DNA of 64,000 nt, from contig NIVC01000567.1 in assembly GCA_002269645.1 (NCBI GenBank), positions 1 to 64,000 of the forward strand, given 5' to 3'. The notes under the pieces are model-generated. The model was not told where the DNA came from, did not search any database, and saw only the letters and a list, made by a program, of their open reading frames with translations. Origin of the DNA: Macrostomum lignano (taxonomy: Eukaryota). The first letter of the stretch is position 1. The number at the start of each line of letters is the position of its first letter. The position numbers were made by a program, and so were the translations under genes. Shown here piece after piece: positions 50,181 to 64,000 of the stretch.

Positions 50181-50974
50181 ATAATATTTCAAAGAAGGCG
50201 CAAAGAAGCTTTATATATTTATAATTCTTGTCGGTCCCAAGAAGGGTGCTAATTCCTCCGACAAATATCCATCACGCAATCCTGCTTATCTTGAATAAGT
50301 GTATGATTATATTTTGTAACCAGAGTAGTAAAAATATCACAGAAGCATTGGAAAGATAGGAAATTGAACAAAGTCAGTTAAGAAGTGCGCGATCTGAAAC
50401 TCTCAAATAAAGCTTCCACTAACACTGAGTTAATCTGAAGGATCACTTCCTTCGAAAAGAAGAGTTTGAGACAAGCCCGTGTCGCTCATCGGATTCCTTT
50501 TGCTGTCCCAGGAGGTCCAATTTCTGTCGATCCATTGTTAGTTTCAAGCTTTTATTCAGTTCACGGTTTGCTTGCCTGGCTTTTGAAATGTACTTTTATC
50601 AATGTTCCCGATTGTCACGGCTGAACGACAACAAGATGAATGTGATCAAGACATGTTAGGACAAAATAATACATCGTACAACCCACGGAAAAGTACAGAT
50701 GATCATAGGAAAATTCTAGATTATTAAAGGCAGGTATAAATATGGCTGGTACAAATGTCAACAGAAAAGTAAAACCCAGCAGACACGTAAAACGTTGACA
50801 GCTGAAGTGGAAGGACTCAATACTCCGGTTTTTTAAGGAATTGATCGGGAGGTTAGTGAGGGACACATACATGAAGAGCTATTTGTCCTGTAGTAGCTAG
50901 TGAGTTTACTCGTATGCATGCACAGAGTTTGTCAAAGGCAGAATTCTTTTTAGTGCTATTATTCTTGCTGAATA

Positions 50975-51275
50975 ATGATATATTAGTAATAATTGATTAC
51001 ACCTCCAGATGTGCAACCGACAGCTCAGCCGCAGCTATTGCGCGGCGCATCTGAAGGCTGCGTACGGCTGTTCAGTCCAAGGTCTGGGAGGTCGCCACAC
51101 ACCCTCAATTACCCCAGCTAATGCTGGCACCCATTTTACAGCTGGCTGAACTGAAGCAATGCAGAGTAAAGTGTGTCTTGCTCAAGGACACAAATTGTTC
51201 CGAGTTGGTCGAGAATCGAACCCCCAACCTCTCAGTCATGAGTCCGACGCTCTGACCACTTAGGCTAAAACCCGA
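50975..51275 (-). mobile_element. Second copy of SINE family 1
   Basis: Reverse complement of the 39185-39470 element: GTGTCTTGCTCAAGGACAC at ~51173-51191, and CAGATGTGCAACCGACAGCTCAGC mirrors the 3' body. Confidence 0.8.
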
Positions 51276-52559
51276 GCAAGGACAAGTACAACCGGCTAAA
51301 GACAAAAACATACCGAAAGGTACATGTATGTAGGAATCATTAATCAGCTACGGAGGTCCTTGATACTAATGTGCCCAGGGCTTATAGGGGGAGATGCACT
51401 TGAAAATAAACTGCCAGCAGAGAAACTCCCCAGAAAATTTTCCACCCTGGCTTTCAATTTCTTTTCCTGCTGGCTCTTGGAAAACACCGCGCGGTCGCGT
51501 CTGCAATAAGCTGCTGCTGGGTCTTAGTTTTCTCTCATTCTCAGCCTCCTCCACGCCCGAAGAAGCAATGCCACCCGAGGGGAAAACCTGAGGTGAAGAA
51601 AGTTTGGAAGCCAGACTTGAATCTGGGAGGCGAGGCACTGTTGTTTGCCGTGTGTTAGAGCAGAGCCTTCTTTGCTGTAGTAATAGTTCATTGATTTTCA
51701 ACTCACTCGCTTGCTGCAGTTCTGCAATCCTCTTTTAGACTATTGAAGGGAAAATAGTTGACCACGGGGAGGGGGTTTTGGGACTCACATAGTCACCTGT
51801 CGACAGCCCAGCCGCTCCCCCTCTGAGCGTTGGCAAAGCAACCAGAGAGCAATTGTTGCTTGCTTGTAGAAAGGCGTATAGGTATAGGTACCAGAAATTG
51901 ATTTCTTTGAGTCTGAATCAGATTCTCTGCTTCAATACACCTGTCAGGCCAGGACAAGGTAGAGCTTCTTGAGTCAGGTCGTAGGCTTACCTTAAAAGTG
52001 CAGAAAAAATGGTGCTTGTTTGATGATTGTTTCTAATTTTATAGGTGGCTTCTAGTTACTTTGCTAGATGCATCTCATTTCAGCCCATCTCATCTCATCT
52101 TATCTTATGTTATCTTCATATCATTTCTTCTTATCTCATCCCATCCCATCCTATCCCATATTATCGTTAAGACATTCAGGGACAACTAGGCTTAGACAAC
52201 TTTGGAGAATCTGGATTGGAAAGTGCCTAAATTAATTAATAATTTGTTTTCCACTCCAGATGGATGACTCTTTGAATTTTGCGTTCGCTGAGAAGGGTAG
52301 AAAATTAACAGATGGCTTATCTTATCTTGTCTGAGCTTATCTTATCTAACCGAGTGGTAGTTCACGCCCGTCAGAATTCCCTGCAATTAACCCTCACGTT
52401 GTCCGTCGCGCGGCTAAATTAAAAATCAAATTTTGTCTCTAATTAGATAATGGAGATCTTTTTCTGACCAACGCCTCCGCTAAATGCCCTCTGCTGCCCC
52501 AGTCAGTGGGCAGGAAAATTCTGGGAATATCAGTTTGCCACTTTAGGTTTAGAGAATTT

Positions 52560-55500
52560 AGAGAGAAGAGTTCGGAGAGGAGAATTTAAATAAGAGACTT
52601 CGGAGAGGAGAATTCAGAGCAGAGGAGAATTCGGAGGAGAGGAGAATTCGGAGGAGAGGAGAATTCGGAGGGGAGAATTCGGAGGGGAGAATTTGGAGGG
52701 GAGAATTCGGTGGGGAGAATTCGGAGAGGAGAATTCGGTGAGGAGAATTCGGTGAGGAGAATTCGGAGAGGAGAATTCGGTGAGGAGAATTCGGTGAGGA
52801 GAATTCGGAGAGGAGAATTCGGTGGGGAGAATTCGGAGAGGAGAATTCGGAGAGGAGAATTCGGTGAGGAGAATTCGGAGAGGAGAATTCGGTGGGGAGA
52901 ATTCGGAGAGGAGAATTCGGAGAGGAGAATTCAGTGAGAATTCGGAGATGAGAATTTAAATGGAAGAATTCTGAGTGGAGAATTCAGAGTGGAGAATTCG
53001 GTGGAGAGAATTCAAAGGAGAGGAGAATTCGGAGGGGAGAATTCGGAGAGAAGAATTCGGAGAAGAGAATTCAGAGGGGAGAATTCAGAGGGGAGAATTC
53101 GGAGAGAAGAATTCGGAGAAGAGAATTCAGAGGGGTGAATTCAAAGGGGAGAATTCGGAGAGAAGAATTCGGAGAAGAGAATTCAGAGGGGAGAATTCAA
53201 AAAGGAGAATTCGGTGAGGAGAATTCGGAGAGGAGAATTCAGTGAGGAGAATTCGGAGAGGAGAATTCAGTGAGAATTCGGAGATGAGAATTTAAATGGA
53301 AGAATTCAGAGTGGAGAATTCGGTGGAGAGAATTCAAAGGAGAGGAGAATTCGGAGAAGAGAATTCAGAAGGGAGAATTCGGAGAGAAGAATTCGGAGAA
53401 GAGAATTCAGAGGGGTGAATTCAAAGGGGAGAATTCGGAGAGAAGAATTCGGAGGGGAGAATTCAGAGGGGAGAATTCGGAGAGAAGAATTCGGAGAAGA
53501 GAATTCAGAGGGGTGAATTCAAAGGGGAGAATTCGGAGAGAAGAATTCGGAGAAGAGAATTCAGAGGGGAGAATTCGGAGAGAAGAATTCGGAGAAGAGA
53601 ATTCAGAGGGGAGAATTCGGAGAGAAGAATTCGGAGAAGAGAATTCAGAGGGGAGAATTCGGAGAGAAGAATTCGGAGAAGAGAATTCAGAGGGGAGAAT
53701 TCAAAAAGGGGAATTCGGAGGGGAGAATTCGGAGAGAAGAATTCGGAGAGAAGAATTCGGAGAGGAGAATTCAGAGGGGAGAATTCGGAGAGAAGAATTC
53801 GGAGAAGAGAATTCAGAGGGGAGAATTCAAAAAGGGGAATTCGGAGGGGAGAATTCGGAGAGAAGAATTCGGAGAAGAGAATTCAGAGGGGAGAATTCAA
53901 AAAGGAGAATTCGGAGGGGAGAATTCGGAGAGAAGAATTCGGAGAGGAGAATTCAGAGGGGAGAATTCGGAGAGAAGAATTCGGAGAAGAGAATTCAGAG
54001 GGGAGAATTCAAAAAGGAGAATTCGGAGGGGAGAATTCGGAGAGAAGAATTCGGAGAAGAGAATTCAGAGGGGAGAATTCAAAAAGGAGAATTCGGAGGG
54101 GAGAATTCGGAGAGAAGAATTCGGAGAAGAGAATTCAGAGGGGAGAATTCAAAAAGGAGAATTCGGTGAGGAGAATTCGGAGAGGAGAATTCGGTGAGGA
54201 GAATTCGGTGAGGAGAATTCGGAGAGGAGAATTCGGTGGGGAGAATTCGGAGAGGAGAATTCGGAGAGGAGAATTCGGTGAGGAGAATTCGGAGAGGAGA
54301 ATTCGGTGGGGAGAATTCGGAGAGGAGAATTCGGAGAGGAGAATTCAGTGAGAATTCGGAGATGAGAATTTAAATGGAAGAATTCTGAGTGGAGAATTCA
54401 GAGTGGAGAATTCGGTGGAGAGAATTCAAAGGAGAGGAGAATTCGGAGGGGAGAATTCGGAGAGAAGAATTCGGAGAAGAGAATTCAGAGGGGAGAATTC
54501 AGAGGGGAGAATTCGGAGAGAAGAATTCGGAGAGAGAATTCAGAGGGGTGAATTCAAAGGGGAGAATTCGGAGAGAAGAATTCGGAGAGAGAATTCAGAG
54601 GGGAGAATTCAAAAAGGAGAATTCGGTGAGGAGAATTCGGAGAGGAGAATTCAGTGAGAGGAATTCGGAGAGGAGAATTCAGTGAGAATTCGGAGATGAG
54701 AATTTAAATGGAAGAATTCAGAGTGGAGAATTCGGTGGAGAGAATTCAAAGGAGAGGAGAATCGGAGAAGAGAATTCAGAAGGAGAATTCGGAGAGAAGA
54801 ATTCGGAGAAGAGAATTCAGAGGGTGAATTCAAAGGGGAGAATTCGGAGAGAAGAATTCGGAGGGGAGAATTCAGAGGGGAGAATTCGGAGAGAAGAATT
54901 CGGAGAAGAGAATTCAGAGGGTGAATTCAAAGGGGAGAATTCGGAGAGAAGAATTCGGAGAAGAGAATTCAGAGGGGAGAATTCGAGAGAAGAATTCGGA
55001 GAAGAGAATTCAGAGGGGAGAATTCGGAGAGAAGAATTCGGAGAAGAGAATTCAGAGGGGAGAATTCGGAGAGAAGAATTCGGAGAAGAGAATTCAGAGG
55101 GGAGAATTCAAAAAGGGGAATTCGGAGGGGAGAATTCGGAGAGAAGAATTCGGAGAGAAGAATTCGGAGAGGAGAATTCAGAGGGGAGAATTCGGAGAGA
55201 AGAATTCGGAGAAGAGAATTCAGAGGGGGAATTCAAAAAGGGAATTCGGAGGGGAGAATTCGGAGAGAAGAATTCGGAGAAGAGAATTCAGAGGGGAGAA
55301 TTCAAAAAGGAGAATTCGGAGGGGAGAGAATTCGGGAGAAGAAGAATTCGGAGAGGAGAATTCAGAGGGGAGAATTCGGAGAGAAGAATTCGGAGAAGAG
55401 AATTCAGAGGGGAGAATTCAAAAAGGAGAATTCGGAGGGGAGAATTCGGAGAGAAGAATTCGGAGAAGAGAATTCAGAGGGGAGAATTCAAAAAGGAGAA

Positions 55501-55600
55501 TTCGGAGGGGAGAATTCGGAGAGAAGAATTCGGAGAAGAGAATTCAGAGGGGAGAATTCAAAAAGGAGAATTCGGTGAGGAGAATTCGGAAAGGATAATT
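52560..55600. repeat. GAATTC-rich purine satellite (GGAGAATTCGGAGA-type 10-14-bp monomers) with higher-order structure
   Basis: GAATTC roughly every 10-15 bp; marker ATTTAAATGG at 52954, 53290, 54368 and 54702. Confidence 0.95.
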
Positions 55601-56229
55601 CGGACACGCAACTTTAGTAAGGGGAATCAACGCGGGGGAATCAGGGGAATTCAGTATTAAGAGAAAAAGCAAGGATAAAGATATGGCGACATTCGCTCCA
55701 TAGATTTTTCTGCTACGAGCTAATAACCAAACTCGAATTTGGCACGGCACAGTGAGCCTAATAACTGCAATTAGTGTGCGAGAAGCTTCCAAGATAATTT
55801 AGCGACTCAAAATGGTTGTACTCGGAGAACACAGGCCCAAGACGTTGTTGAGGCCTTGGCATATATGCTCACTGTTTGCTCAGCGCTCTTTTTAAGCTTC
55901 GTTTGCACTTTTAACACTCTCTCGTCCTTCTCAGTCTGCCTAATCGTGTTCCTAACCTTGATGCCATTCGGAGGGGAGAGGGGCCTTGGAAGCATGCGCT
56001 TCCTTGTAAGAGTAGAAAAAGCAAACTTGAACAAGGAGAAATGATTCGATCATTTTTTTCTATCATTAAATCGCGTTTTTCAGTTCGTTTTCTGAAAGAA
56101 ACGACAGCTTTTTGTCTCATTAGGGCTAAAGAGCATCTACTCCTGGCTAATGATGATCTGATTGCGTCATTTCGGCGAAGACAAGGTCGCTAACTTGTCT
56201 AAGTAAATGTCCCTTTTCTGCCTATGTCT

Positions 56230-59200
56230 ACACAGGTGTCTTAGTGGTGTCTATACTGGTACGTGTCTTAGTGATGTCTATAAACAGATGTCTTAGTGGT
56301 GTCTATACAGGTGTCTTATTAATGTATGCAGGTGTCTTAGTGGTGCCTATACAGGTGTCTTAGTGGTGCCTATTCAGGTGTCTTAGTGATGTCTATACAG
56401 GTGTCTTAGTGATGTCTATACAGGTGTCTTAATGACGTAGACAGGTGTCTTAGTGACGTAGACAGGTGTCTTAGTGATGTCTATACAGGTGTCTTAGTGA
56501 TGTCTATACAGGTGTCTTAGTGACGTAGACAGGTGTCTTAGTGATGTCTATACAGGTGTCTTAGTGATGTCTATACAGGTGTCTTAATGATGTCTATACA
56601 GGTGTCTTAGTGACGTAGACAGGTGTCTTAGTGGTGCCTATACAGGTGTCTTAGTGATGTCTATACAGGTGTCTTAGTGATGTCTATACAGGTGTCTTAA
56701 TGATGTCTATACAGGTGTCTTAGTGATGTCTATACAGGTGTCTTAGTGATGTCTATACAGGTGTCTTAATGATGTCTATACAGGTGTCTTATTGATGTAA
56801 ACAGGTGTCTTAGTGATGTCTATACAGGTGTCTTAGTGATGTCTTTACAGGTGTCTTAATGATGTCTATACAGGTGTCTTAGTGACGTAGACAGGTGTCT
56901 TAGTGATGTCTGTACAGGTGTCTTAGTGGTGCCGATACAGGTGTCTTAGTGATGTCTGTACAGGTGTCTTAGTGGTGCCTATACAGGTGTCTTAGTGGTG
57001 TCTATACAGGTGTCTTAGTGATGTCTATACAGGCGTCTTAGTGATGTCTATACAGGTGTCTTAATGACGTAGACAGGTGTCTTAGTGATGTCTATACAGG
57101 TGTCTTAGTGATGTCTATACAGGTGTCTTAGTGGTGCCTATACAGGTGTCTTAGTGGTGTCTATACAGGTGTCTTAGTGATGTCTATACAGGCGTCTTAG
57201 TGATGTCTATACAGGTGTCTTAATGACGTAGACAGGTGTCTTAGTGATGTCTATACAGGTGTCTTAGTGATGTCTATACAGGTGTCTTAGTGATGTCTAT
57301 ACAGGTGTCTTAATGATGTCTATACAGGTGTCTTAATGATGTCTATACAGGTGTCTTATTGATGTAAACAGGTGTCTTAGTGATGTCTATACAGGTGTCT
57401 TAGTGATGTCTATACAGGTGTCTTAGTGATGTCTATACAGGTGTCTTAATGATGTCTATACAGGTGTCTTAGTGACGTAGACAGGTGTCTTAGTGGTGCC
57501 TATACAGGTGTCTTAGTGATGTCTATACAGGCGTCTTAGTGATGTCTATACAGGTGTCTTAATGACGTAGACAGGTGTCTTAGTGATGTCTATACAGGTG
57601 TCTTAGTGATGTCTATACAGGTGTCTTAGTGATGTCTATACAGGTGTCTTAGTGATGTCTATACAGGTGTCTTAATGATGTCTATACAGGTGTCTTATTG
57701 ATGTAAACAGGTGTCTTAGTGATGTCTATACAGGTGTCTTAGTGATGTCTATACAGGTGTCTTAGTGATGTCTATACAGGTGTCTTAATGATGTCTATAC
57801 AGGTGTCTTAGTGACGTAGACAGGTGTCTTAGTGGTGCCTATACAGGTGTCTTAGTGATGTCTATACAGGTGTCTTAGTGATGTCTATACAGGTGTCTTA
57901 ATGATGTCTATACAGGTGTCTTAGTGATGTCTATACAGGTGTCTTAGTGATGTCTATACAGGTGTCTTAATGATGTCTATACAGGTGTCTTAATGATGTC
58001 TATACAGGTGTCTTAGTGACGTAGACAGGTGTCTTAGTGATGTCTGTACAGGTGTCTTAGTGGTGTCTATACAGGTGTCTTATTGATGTAAACAGGTGTC
58101 TTAGTGATGTCTATACAGGTGTCTTAGTGATGTCTATACAGGTGTCTTAGTGATGTCTATACAGGTGTCTTAGAGACGTAGACAGGTGTCTTAATGATGT
58201 CTATGCAGGTGTCTTAATGATGTCTGTACAGGTGTCTTAGAGACGTAGACAGGTGTCTTAATGATGTCTATACAGGTGTCTTAATGATGTCTATGCAGGT
58301 GTCTTAATGATGTCTGTACAGGTGTCTTAGAGACGTAGACAGGTGTCTTAATGATGTCTATACAGGTGTCTTAATGATGTCTATGCAGGTGTCTTAATGA
58401 TGTCTGTACAGGTGTCTTAGAGACGTAGACAGGTGTCTTAATGATGTCTATACAGGTGTCTTAATGATGTCTATGCAGGTGTCTTAATGATGTCTGTACA
58501 GGTGTCTTAGAGACGTAGACAGGTGTCTTAATGATGTCTATACAGGTGTCTTAGTGACGTAGACAGGTGTCTTAGTGATGTCTATACAGGTGTCTTAGTG
58601 ATGTCTATACAGGTGTCTTAGTGATGTCTATACAGGTGTCTTAGTGATGTCTATACAGGTGTCTTAGTGATGTCTATACAGGTGTCTTAATGATGTCTAT
58701 ACAGGTGTCTTAGTGACGTAGACAGGTGTCTTAGTGATGTCTGTACAGGTGTCTTAGTGATGTCTATACAGGTGTCTTAGTGATGTCTATACAGGTGTCT
58801 TAAAGATGTCTATACAGGTGTCTTAATGATGTCTATACAGGTGTCTTAGTGATGTCTATACAGGTGTCTTAATGATGTCTTTACAGGTGTCTTAATGATG
58901 TCTATACAGGTGTCTTAGTGACGTAGACAGGTGTCTTAGTGATGTCTATACAGGTGTCTTAGTGATGTCTATACAGGTGTCTTAATGATGTCTATACAGG
59001 TGTCTTAGTGATGTCTATACAGGTGTCTTAGTGATGTCTATACAGGTGTCTTAATGATGTCTATACAGGTGTCTTAATGATGTCTATACAGGTGTCTTAG
59101 TGACGTAGACAGGTGTCTTAGTGATGTCTGTACAGGTATCTTAGTGGTGTCTATACAGGTGTCTTATTGATGTAAACAGGTGTCTTAGTGATGTCTATAC

Positions 59201-62200
59201 AGGTGTCTTAGTGATGTCTATACAGGTGTCTTAGTGATGTCTATACAGGTGTCTTAGTGACGTAGACAGGTGTCTTAGTGATGTCTATACAGGTGTCTTA
59301 GTGATGTCTATACAGGTGTCTTAATGATGTCTATACAGGTGTCTTAGTGACGTAGACAGGTGTCTTAGTGGTGCCTATACAGGTGTCTTAGTGATGTCTA
59401 TACAGGTGTCTTAGTGATGTCTATACAGGTGTCTTAATGATGTCTATACAGGTGTCTTAGTGATGTCTATACAGGTGTCTTAGTGATGTCTATACAGGTG
59501 TCTTAATGATGTCTATACAGGTGTCTTAATGATGTCTATACAGGTGTCTTAGTGATGTCTATACAGGTGTCTTAATGATGTCTATACAGGTGTCTTAATG
59601 ATGTCTATACAGGTGTCTTAGTGACGTAGACAGGTGTCTTAGTGATGTCTATACAGGTGTCTTAGTGATGTCTATACAGGTGTCTTAATGATGTCTATAC
59701 AGGTGTCTTAGTGATGTCTATACAGGTGTCTTAGTGATGTCTATACAGGTGTCTTAATGATGTCTATACAGGTGTCTTAATGATGTCTATACAGGTGTCT
59801 TAGTGACGTAGACAGGTGTCTTAGTGATGTCTGTACAGGTATCTTAGTGGTGTCTATACAGGTGTCTTATTGATGTAAACAGGTGTCTTAGTGATGTCTA
59901 TACAGGTGTCTTAGTGATGTCTATACAGGTGTCTTAGTGATGTCTATACAGGTGTCTTAGAGACGTAGACAGGTGTCTTAATGATGTTTATGCAGGTGTC
60001 TTAATGATGTCTGTACAGGTGTCTTAGAGACGTAGACAGGTGTCTTAATGATGTCTATACAGGTGTCTTAATGATGTCTATGCAGGTGTCTTAATGATGT
60101 CTGTACAGGTGTCTTAGAGACGTAGACAGGTGTCTTAATGATGTCTATACAGGTGTCTTAATGATGTCTATGCAGGTGTCTTAATGATGTCTATACAGGT
60201 GTCTTAGAGACGTAGACAGGTGTCTTAATGATGTCTATACAGGTGTCTTAATGATGTCTATGCAGGTGTCTTAATGATGTCTGTACAGGTGTCTTAGAGA
60301 CGTAGACAGGTGTCTTAATGATGTCTATACAGGTGTCTTAGTGACGTAGACAGGTGTCTTAGTGATGTCTGTACAGGTGTCTTAGAGACGTAGACAGGTG
60401 TCTTAGTGATGTCTATACAGTTGTCTTAATGATGTCTATACAGGTGTCTTAGTGACGTAGACAGGTGTCTTAGTGATGTCTGTACAGGTGTCTTAGTGAT
60501 GTCTATACAGGTGTCTTAGTGATGTCTATACAGGTGTCTTAATGATGTCTATACAGGTGTCTTAGTGATGTCTATACAGGTGTCTTAGTGATGTCTATAC
60601 AGGTGTCTTAATGATGTCTATACAGGTGTCTTAATGATGTCTATACAGGTGTCTTAGTGACGTAGACAGGTGTCTTAGTGATGTCTGTACAGGTGTCTTA
60701 GTGACGTAGACAGGTGTCTTAGTGATGTCTGTACAGGTGTCTTAGTGATGTCTATACAGGTGTCTTAGTGATGTCTATACAGGTGTCTTAATAATGTCTA
60801 TACAGGTGTCTTAGTGATGTCTATACAGGTGTCTTAGTGATGTCTATACAGGTGTCTTAATGATGTCTATACAGGTGTCTTAATGATGTCTATACAGGTG
60901 TCTTAGTGACGTAGACAGGTGTCTTAGTGATGTCTGTACAGGTATCTTAGTGGTGTCTATACAGGTGTCTTATTGATGTAAACAGGTGTCTTAGTGATGT
61001 CTATACAGGTGTCTTAGTGATGTCTATACAGGTGTCTTAGTGATGTCTATACAGGTGTCTTAGAGACGTAGACAGGTGTCTTAATGATGTCTATGCAGGT
61101 GTCTTAATGATGTCTGTACAGGTGTCTTAGAGACGTAGACAGGTGTCTTAATGATGTCTATACAGGTGTCTTAGTGACGTAGACAGGTGTCTTAGTGATG
61201 TCTGTACAGGTGTCTTATTGATGTCTGTACAGGTGTCTTAGTGATTTCTATACAGGTGTCTTAATGATGTCTATGCAGGTGTCTTAATGATGTCTGTACA
61301 GGTGTCTTAGAGACGTAGACAGATGTCTTAATGATGTCTATACAGGTGTCTTAATGATGTCTATGCAGGTGTCTTAATGATGTCTGTACAGGTGTCTTAG
61401 AGACGTAGACAGGTGTCTTAATGATGTCTATACAGGTGTCTTAGTGACGTAGACAGGTGTCTTAGTGATGTCTGTACAGGTGTCTTATTGATGTCTGTAC
61501 AGGTGTCTTAGTGATGTCTATACAGGTGTCTTAATGATGTCTATACAGGTGTCTTAGTGATGTCTATACAGGTGTCTTAGTGATGTCTATACAGGTGTCT
61601 TAGTGATGTCTATACAGGTGTCTTAATGATGTCTATACAGGTGTCTTAATGATGTCTATACAGGTGTCTTAGTGACGTAGACAGGTGTCTTAGTGATGTC
61701 TGTACAGGTATCTTAGTGGTGTCTATACAGGTGTCTTATTGATGTAAACAGGTGTCTTAGTGATGTCTATACAGGTGTCTTAGTGATGTCTATACAGGTG
61801 TCTTAGTGATGTCTATACAGGTGTCTTAGAGACGTAGACAGGTGTCTTAATGATGTTTATGCAGGTGTCTTAATGATGTCTGTACAGGTGTCTTAGAGAC
61901 GTAGACAGGTGTCTTAATGATGTCTATACAGGTGTCTTAATGATGTCTATGCAGGTGTCTTAATGATGTCTGTACAGGTGTCTTAGAGACGTAGACAGGT
62001 GTCTTAATGATGTCTATACAGGTGTCTTAATGATGTCTATGCAGGTGTCTTAATGATGTCTATACAGGTGTCTTAGAGACGTAGACAGGTGTCTTAATGA
62101 TGTCTATACAGGTGTCTTAATGATGTCTATGCAGGTGTCTTAATGATGTCTGTACAGGTGTCTTAGAGACGTAGACAGGTGTCTTAATGATGTCTATACA

Positions 62201-63875
62201 GGTGTCTTAGTGACGTAGACAGGTGTCTTAGTGATGTCTGTACAGGTGTCTTATTGATGTCTGTACAGGTGTCTTAGTGATGTCTATACAGGTGTCTTAA
62301 TGATGTCTATGCAGGTGTCTTAGTGATGTCTGTACAGGTGTCTTAGAGACGTATACAGGTGTCTTAATGATGTCTATACAGGTGTCTTAATGATGTCTAT
62401 GCAGGTGTCTTAATGATGTCTGTACAGGTGTCTTAGAGACGTAGACAGGTGTCTTAATGATGTCTATACAGGTGTCTTAATGATGTCTATGCAGGTGTCT
62501 TAATGATGTCTGTACAGGTGTCTTAGAGACGTAGACAGGTGTCTTAATGATGTCTATACAGGTGTCTTAGTGACGTAGACAGGTGTCTTAGTGATGTCTA
62601 TACAGGTGTCTTAGTGATGTCTATACAGGTGTCTTAGTGATGTCTATACAGGTGTCTTAGTGATGTCTATACAGGTGTCTTAGTGATGTCTATACAGTTG
62701 TCTTAATGATGTCTATACAGGTGTCTTAGTGACGTAGACAGGTGTCTTAGTGATGTCTGTACAGGTGTCTTAGTGATGTCTATACAGGTGTCTTAGTGAT
62801 GTCTATACAGGTGTCTTAATGATGTCTATACAGGTGTCTTAGTGATGTCTATACAGGTGTCTTAGTGATGTCTATACAGGTGTCTTAATGATGTCTATAC
62901 AGGTGTCTTAATGATGTCTATACAGGTGTCTTAGTGACGTAGACAGGTGTCTTAGTGATGTCTGTACAGGTGTCTTAGTGACGTAGACAGGTGTCTTAGT
63001 GATGTCTGTACAGGTGTCTTAGTGATGTCTATACAGGTGTCTTAGTGATGTCTATACAGGTGTCTTAATAATGTCTATACAGGTGTCTTAGTGATGTCTA
63101 TACAGGTGTCTTAGTGATGTCTATACAGGTGTCTTAATGATGTCTATACAGGTGTCTTAATGATGTCTATACAGGTGTCTTAGTGACGTAGACAGGTGTC
63201 TTAGTGATGTCTGTACAGGTATCTTAGTGGTGTCTATACAGGTGTCTTATTGATGTAAACAGGTGTCTTAGTGATGTCTATACAGGTGTCTTAGTGATGT
63301 CTATACAGGTGTCTTAGTGATGTCTATACAGGTGTCTTAGAGACGTAGACAGGTGTCTTAATGATGTCTATGCAGGTGTCTTAATGATGTCTGTACAGGT
63401 GTCTTAGAGACGTAGACAGGTGTCTTAATGATGTCTATACAGGTGTCTTAGTGACGTAGACAGGTGTCTTAGTGATGTCTGTACAGGTGTCTTATTGATG
63501 TCTGTACAGGTGTCTTAGTGATTTCTATACAGGTGTCTTAATGATGTCTATGCAGGTGTCTTAATGATGTCTGTACAGGTGTCTTAGAGACGTAGACAGA
63601 TGTCTTAATGATGTCTATACAGGTGTCTTAATGATGTCTATGCAGGTGTCTTAATGATGTCTGTACAGGTGTCTTAGAGACGTAGACAGGTGTCTTAATG
63701 ATGTCTATACAGGTGTCTTAGTGACGTAGACAGGTGTCTTAGTGATGTCTGTACAGGTGTCTTATTGATGTCTGTACAGGTGTCTTAGTGATGTCTATAC
63801 AGGTGTCTTAATGATGTCTATACAGGTGTCTTAGTGACGTAGACAGGTGTCTTAATGATGTCTATGCAGGTGTTT
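56230..63875. repeat. 23/21-bp satellite array (~7.6 kb, ~330 monomers)
   Basis: Main unit CAGGTGTCTTAGTGATGTCTATA (23 bp) interspersed with CAGGTGTCTTAG(T/A)GACGTAGA (21 bp); degenerate at both edges; no ORFs. Confidence 0.98.
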
Positions 63876-64000
63876 GTGGCGTACACGGGTGTCTTATTGA
63901 CATAAACAAGTGTCTTAGTTGTGCCTTAACAGTTGCCATATGGCGCCCAGTTTGGTGTCTTAAAAGCTTCAAAATGAGTGCTACAGAAGCTGTTCCAAGA

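Noticed and set aside
50460-50510. Hammerhead-like CGATGAG...AAAC on the minus strand
   Set aside because: Core deviates (no CTGATGA, no GAAA) and I could not identify flanking stems.
51366-51701. Possible reverse transcriptase fragment (RGVFQ...QGGKFS)
   Set aside because: Similarity too weak; no YADD-type or other RT motifs nearby.
49111-55660. SPLL-, GEERR- and RIRREEF-repeat ORFs
   Set aside because: Translations of simple repeats or satellite, with frequent frame changes.

Overview
Eukaryotic (invertebrate animal) genomic DNA with GT-AG introns and abundant mini/microsatellites; the style is compatible with a free-living flatworm such as Macrostomum, but that is inference only. (1) 1-~15,980 is a large minus-strand rolling-circle transposon of the Helentron/Helitron2 type. 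Its spliced gene joins an AT-hook-like motif and an OTU cysteine protease to a DUF6570-like/Rep (HUH-Y2) region. The Rep frame is open to the window edge, so the ORF track missed it. The 5' 6.39 kb of the element is tandemly duplicated almost identically (3063-9446 / 9456-15835): the copy joined to Rep has a +4 frameshift, and the other copy is in frame but truncated. (2) 16-45 kb holds four intron-containing host genes: a divergent class-A GPCR (-), a PLP-dependent class-V C-S lyase of the Egt2/LCD/CefD type (+), a Cys-poor DEG/ENaC channel (-) and an unrecognised coiled-coil protein of at least 12 exons (+). Between them lie a mariner deletion derivative, SINEs, a MITE-like relic and minisatellites. 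(3) 45-64 kb has no supportable genes and is dominated by tandem repeats, ending in a ~3-kb GAATTC-rich array and a ~7.6-kb 23/21-bp satellite, both with higher-order structure.
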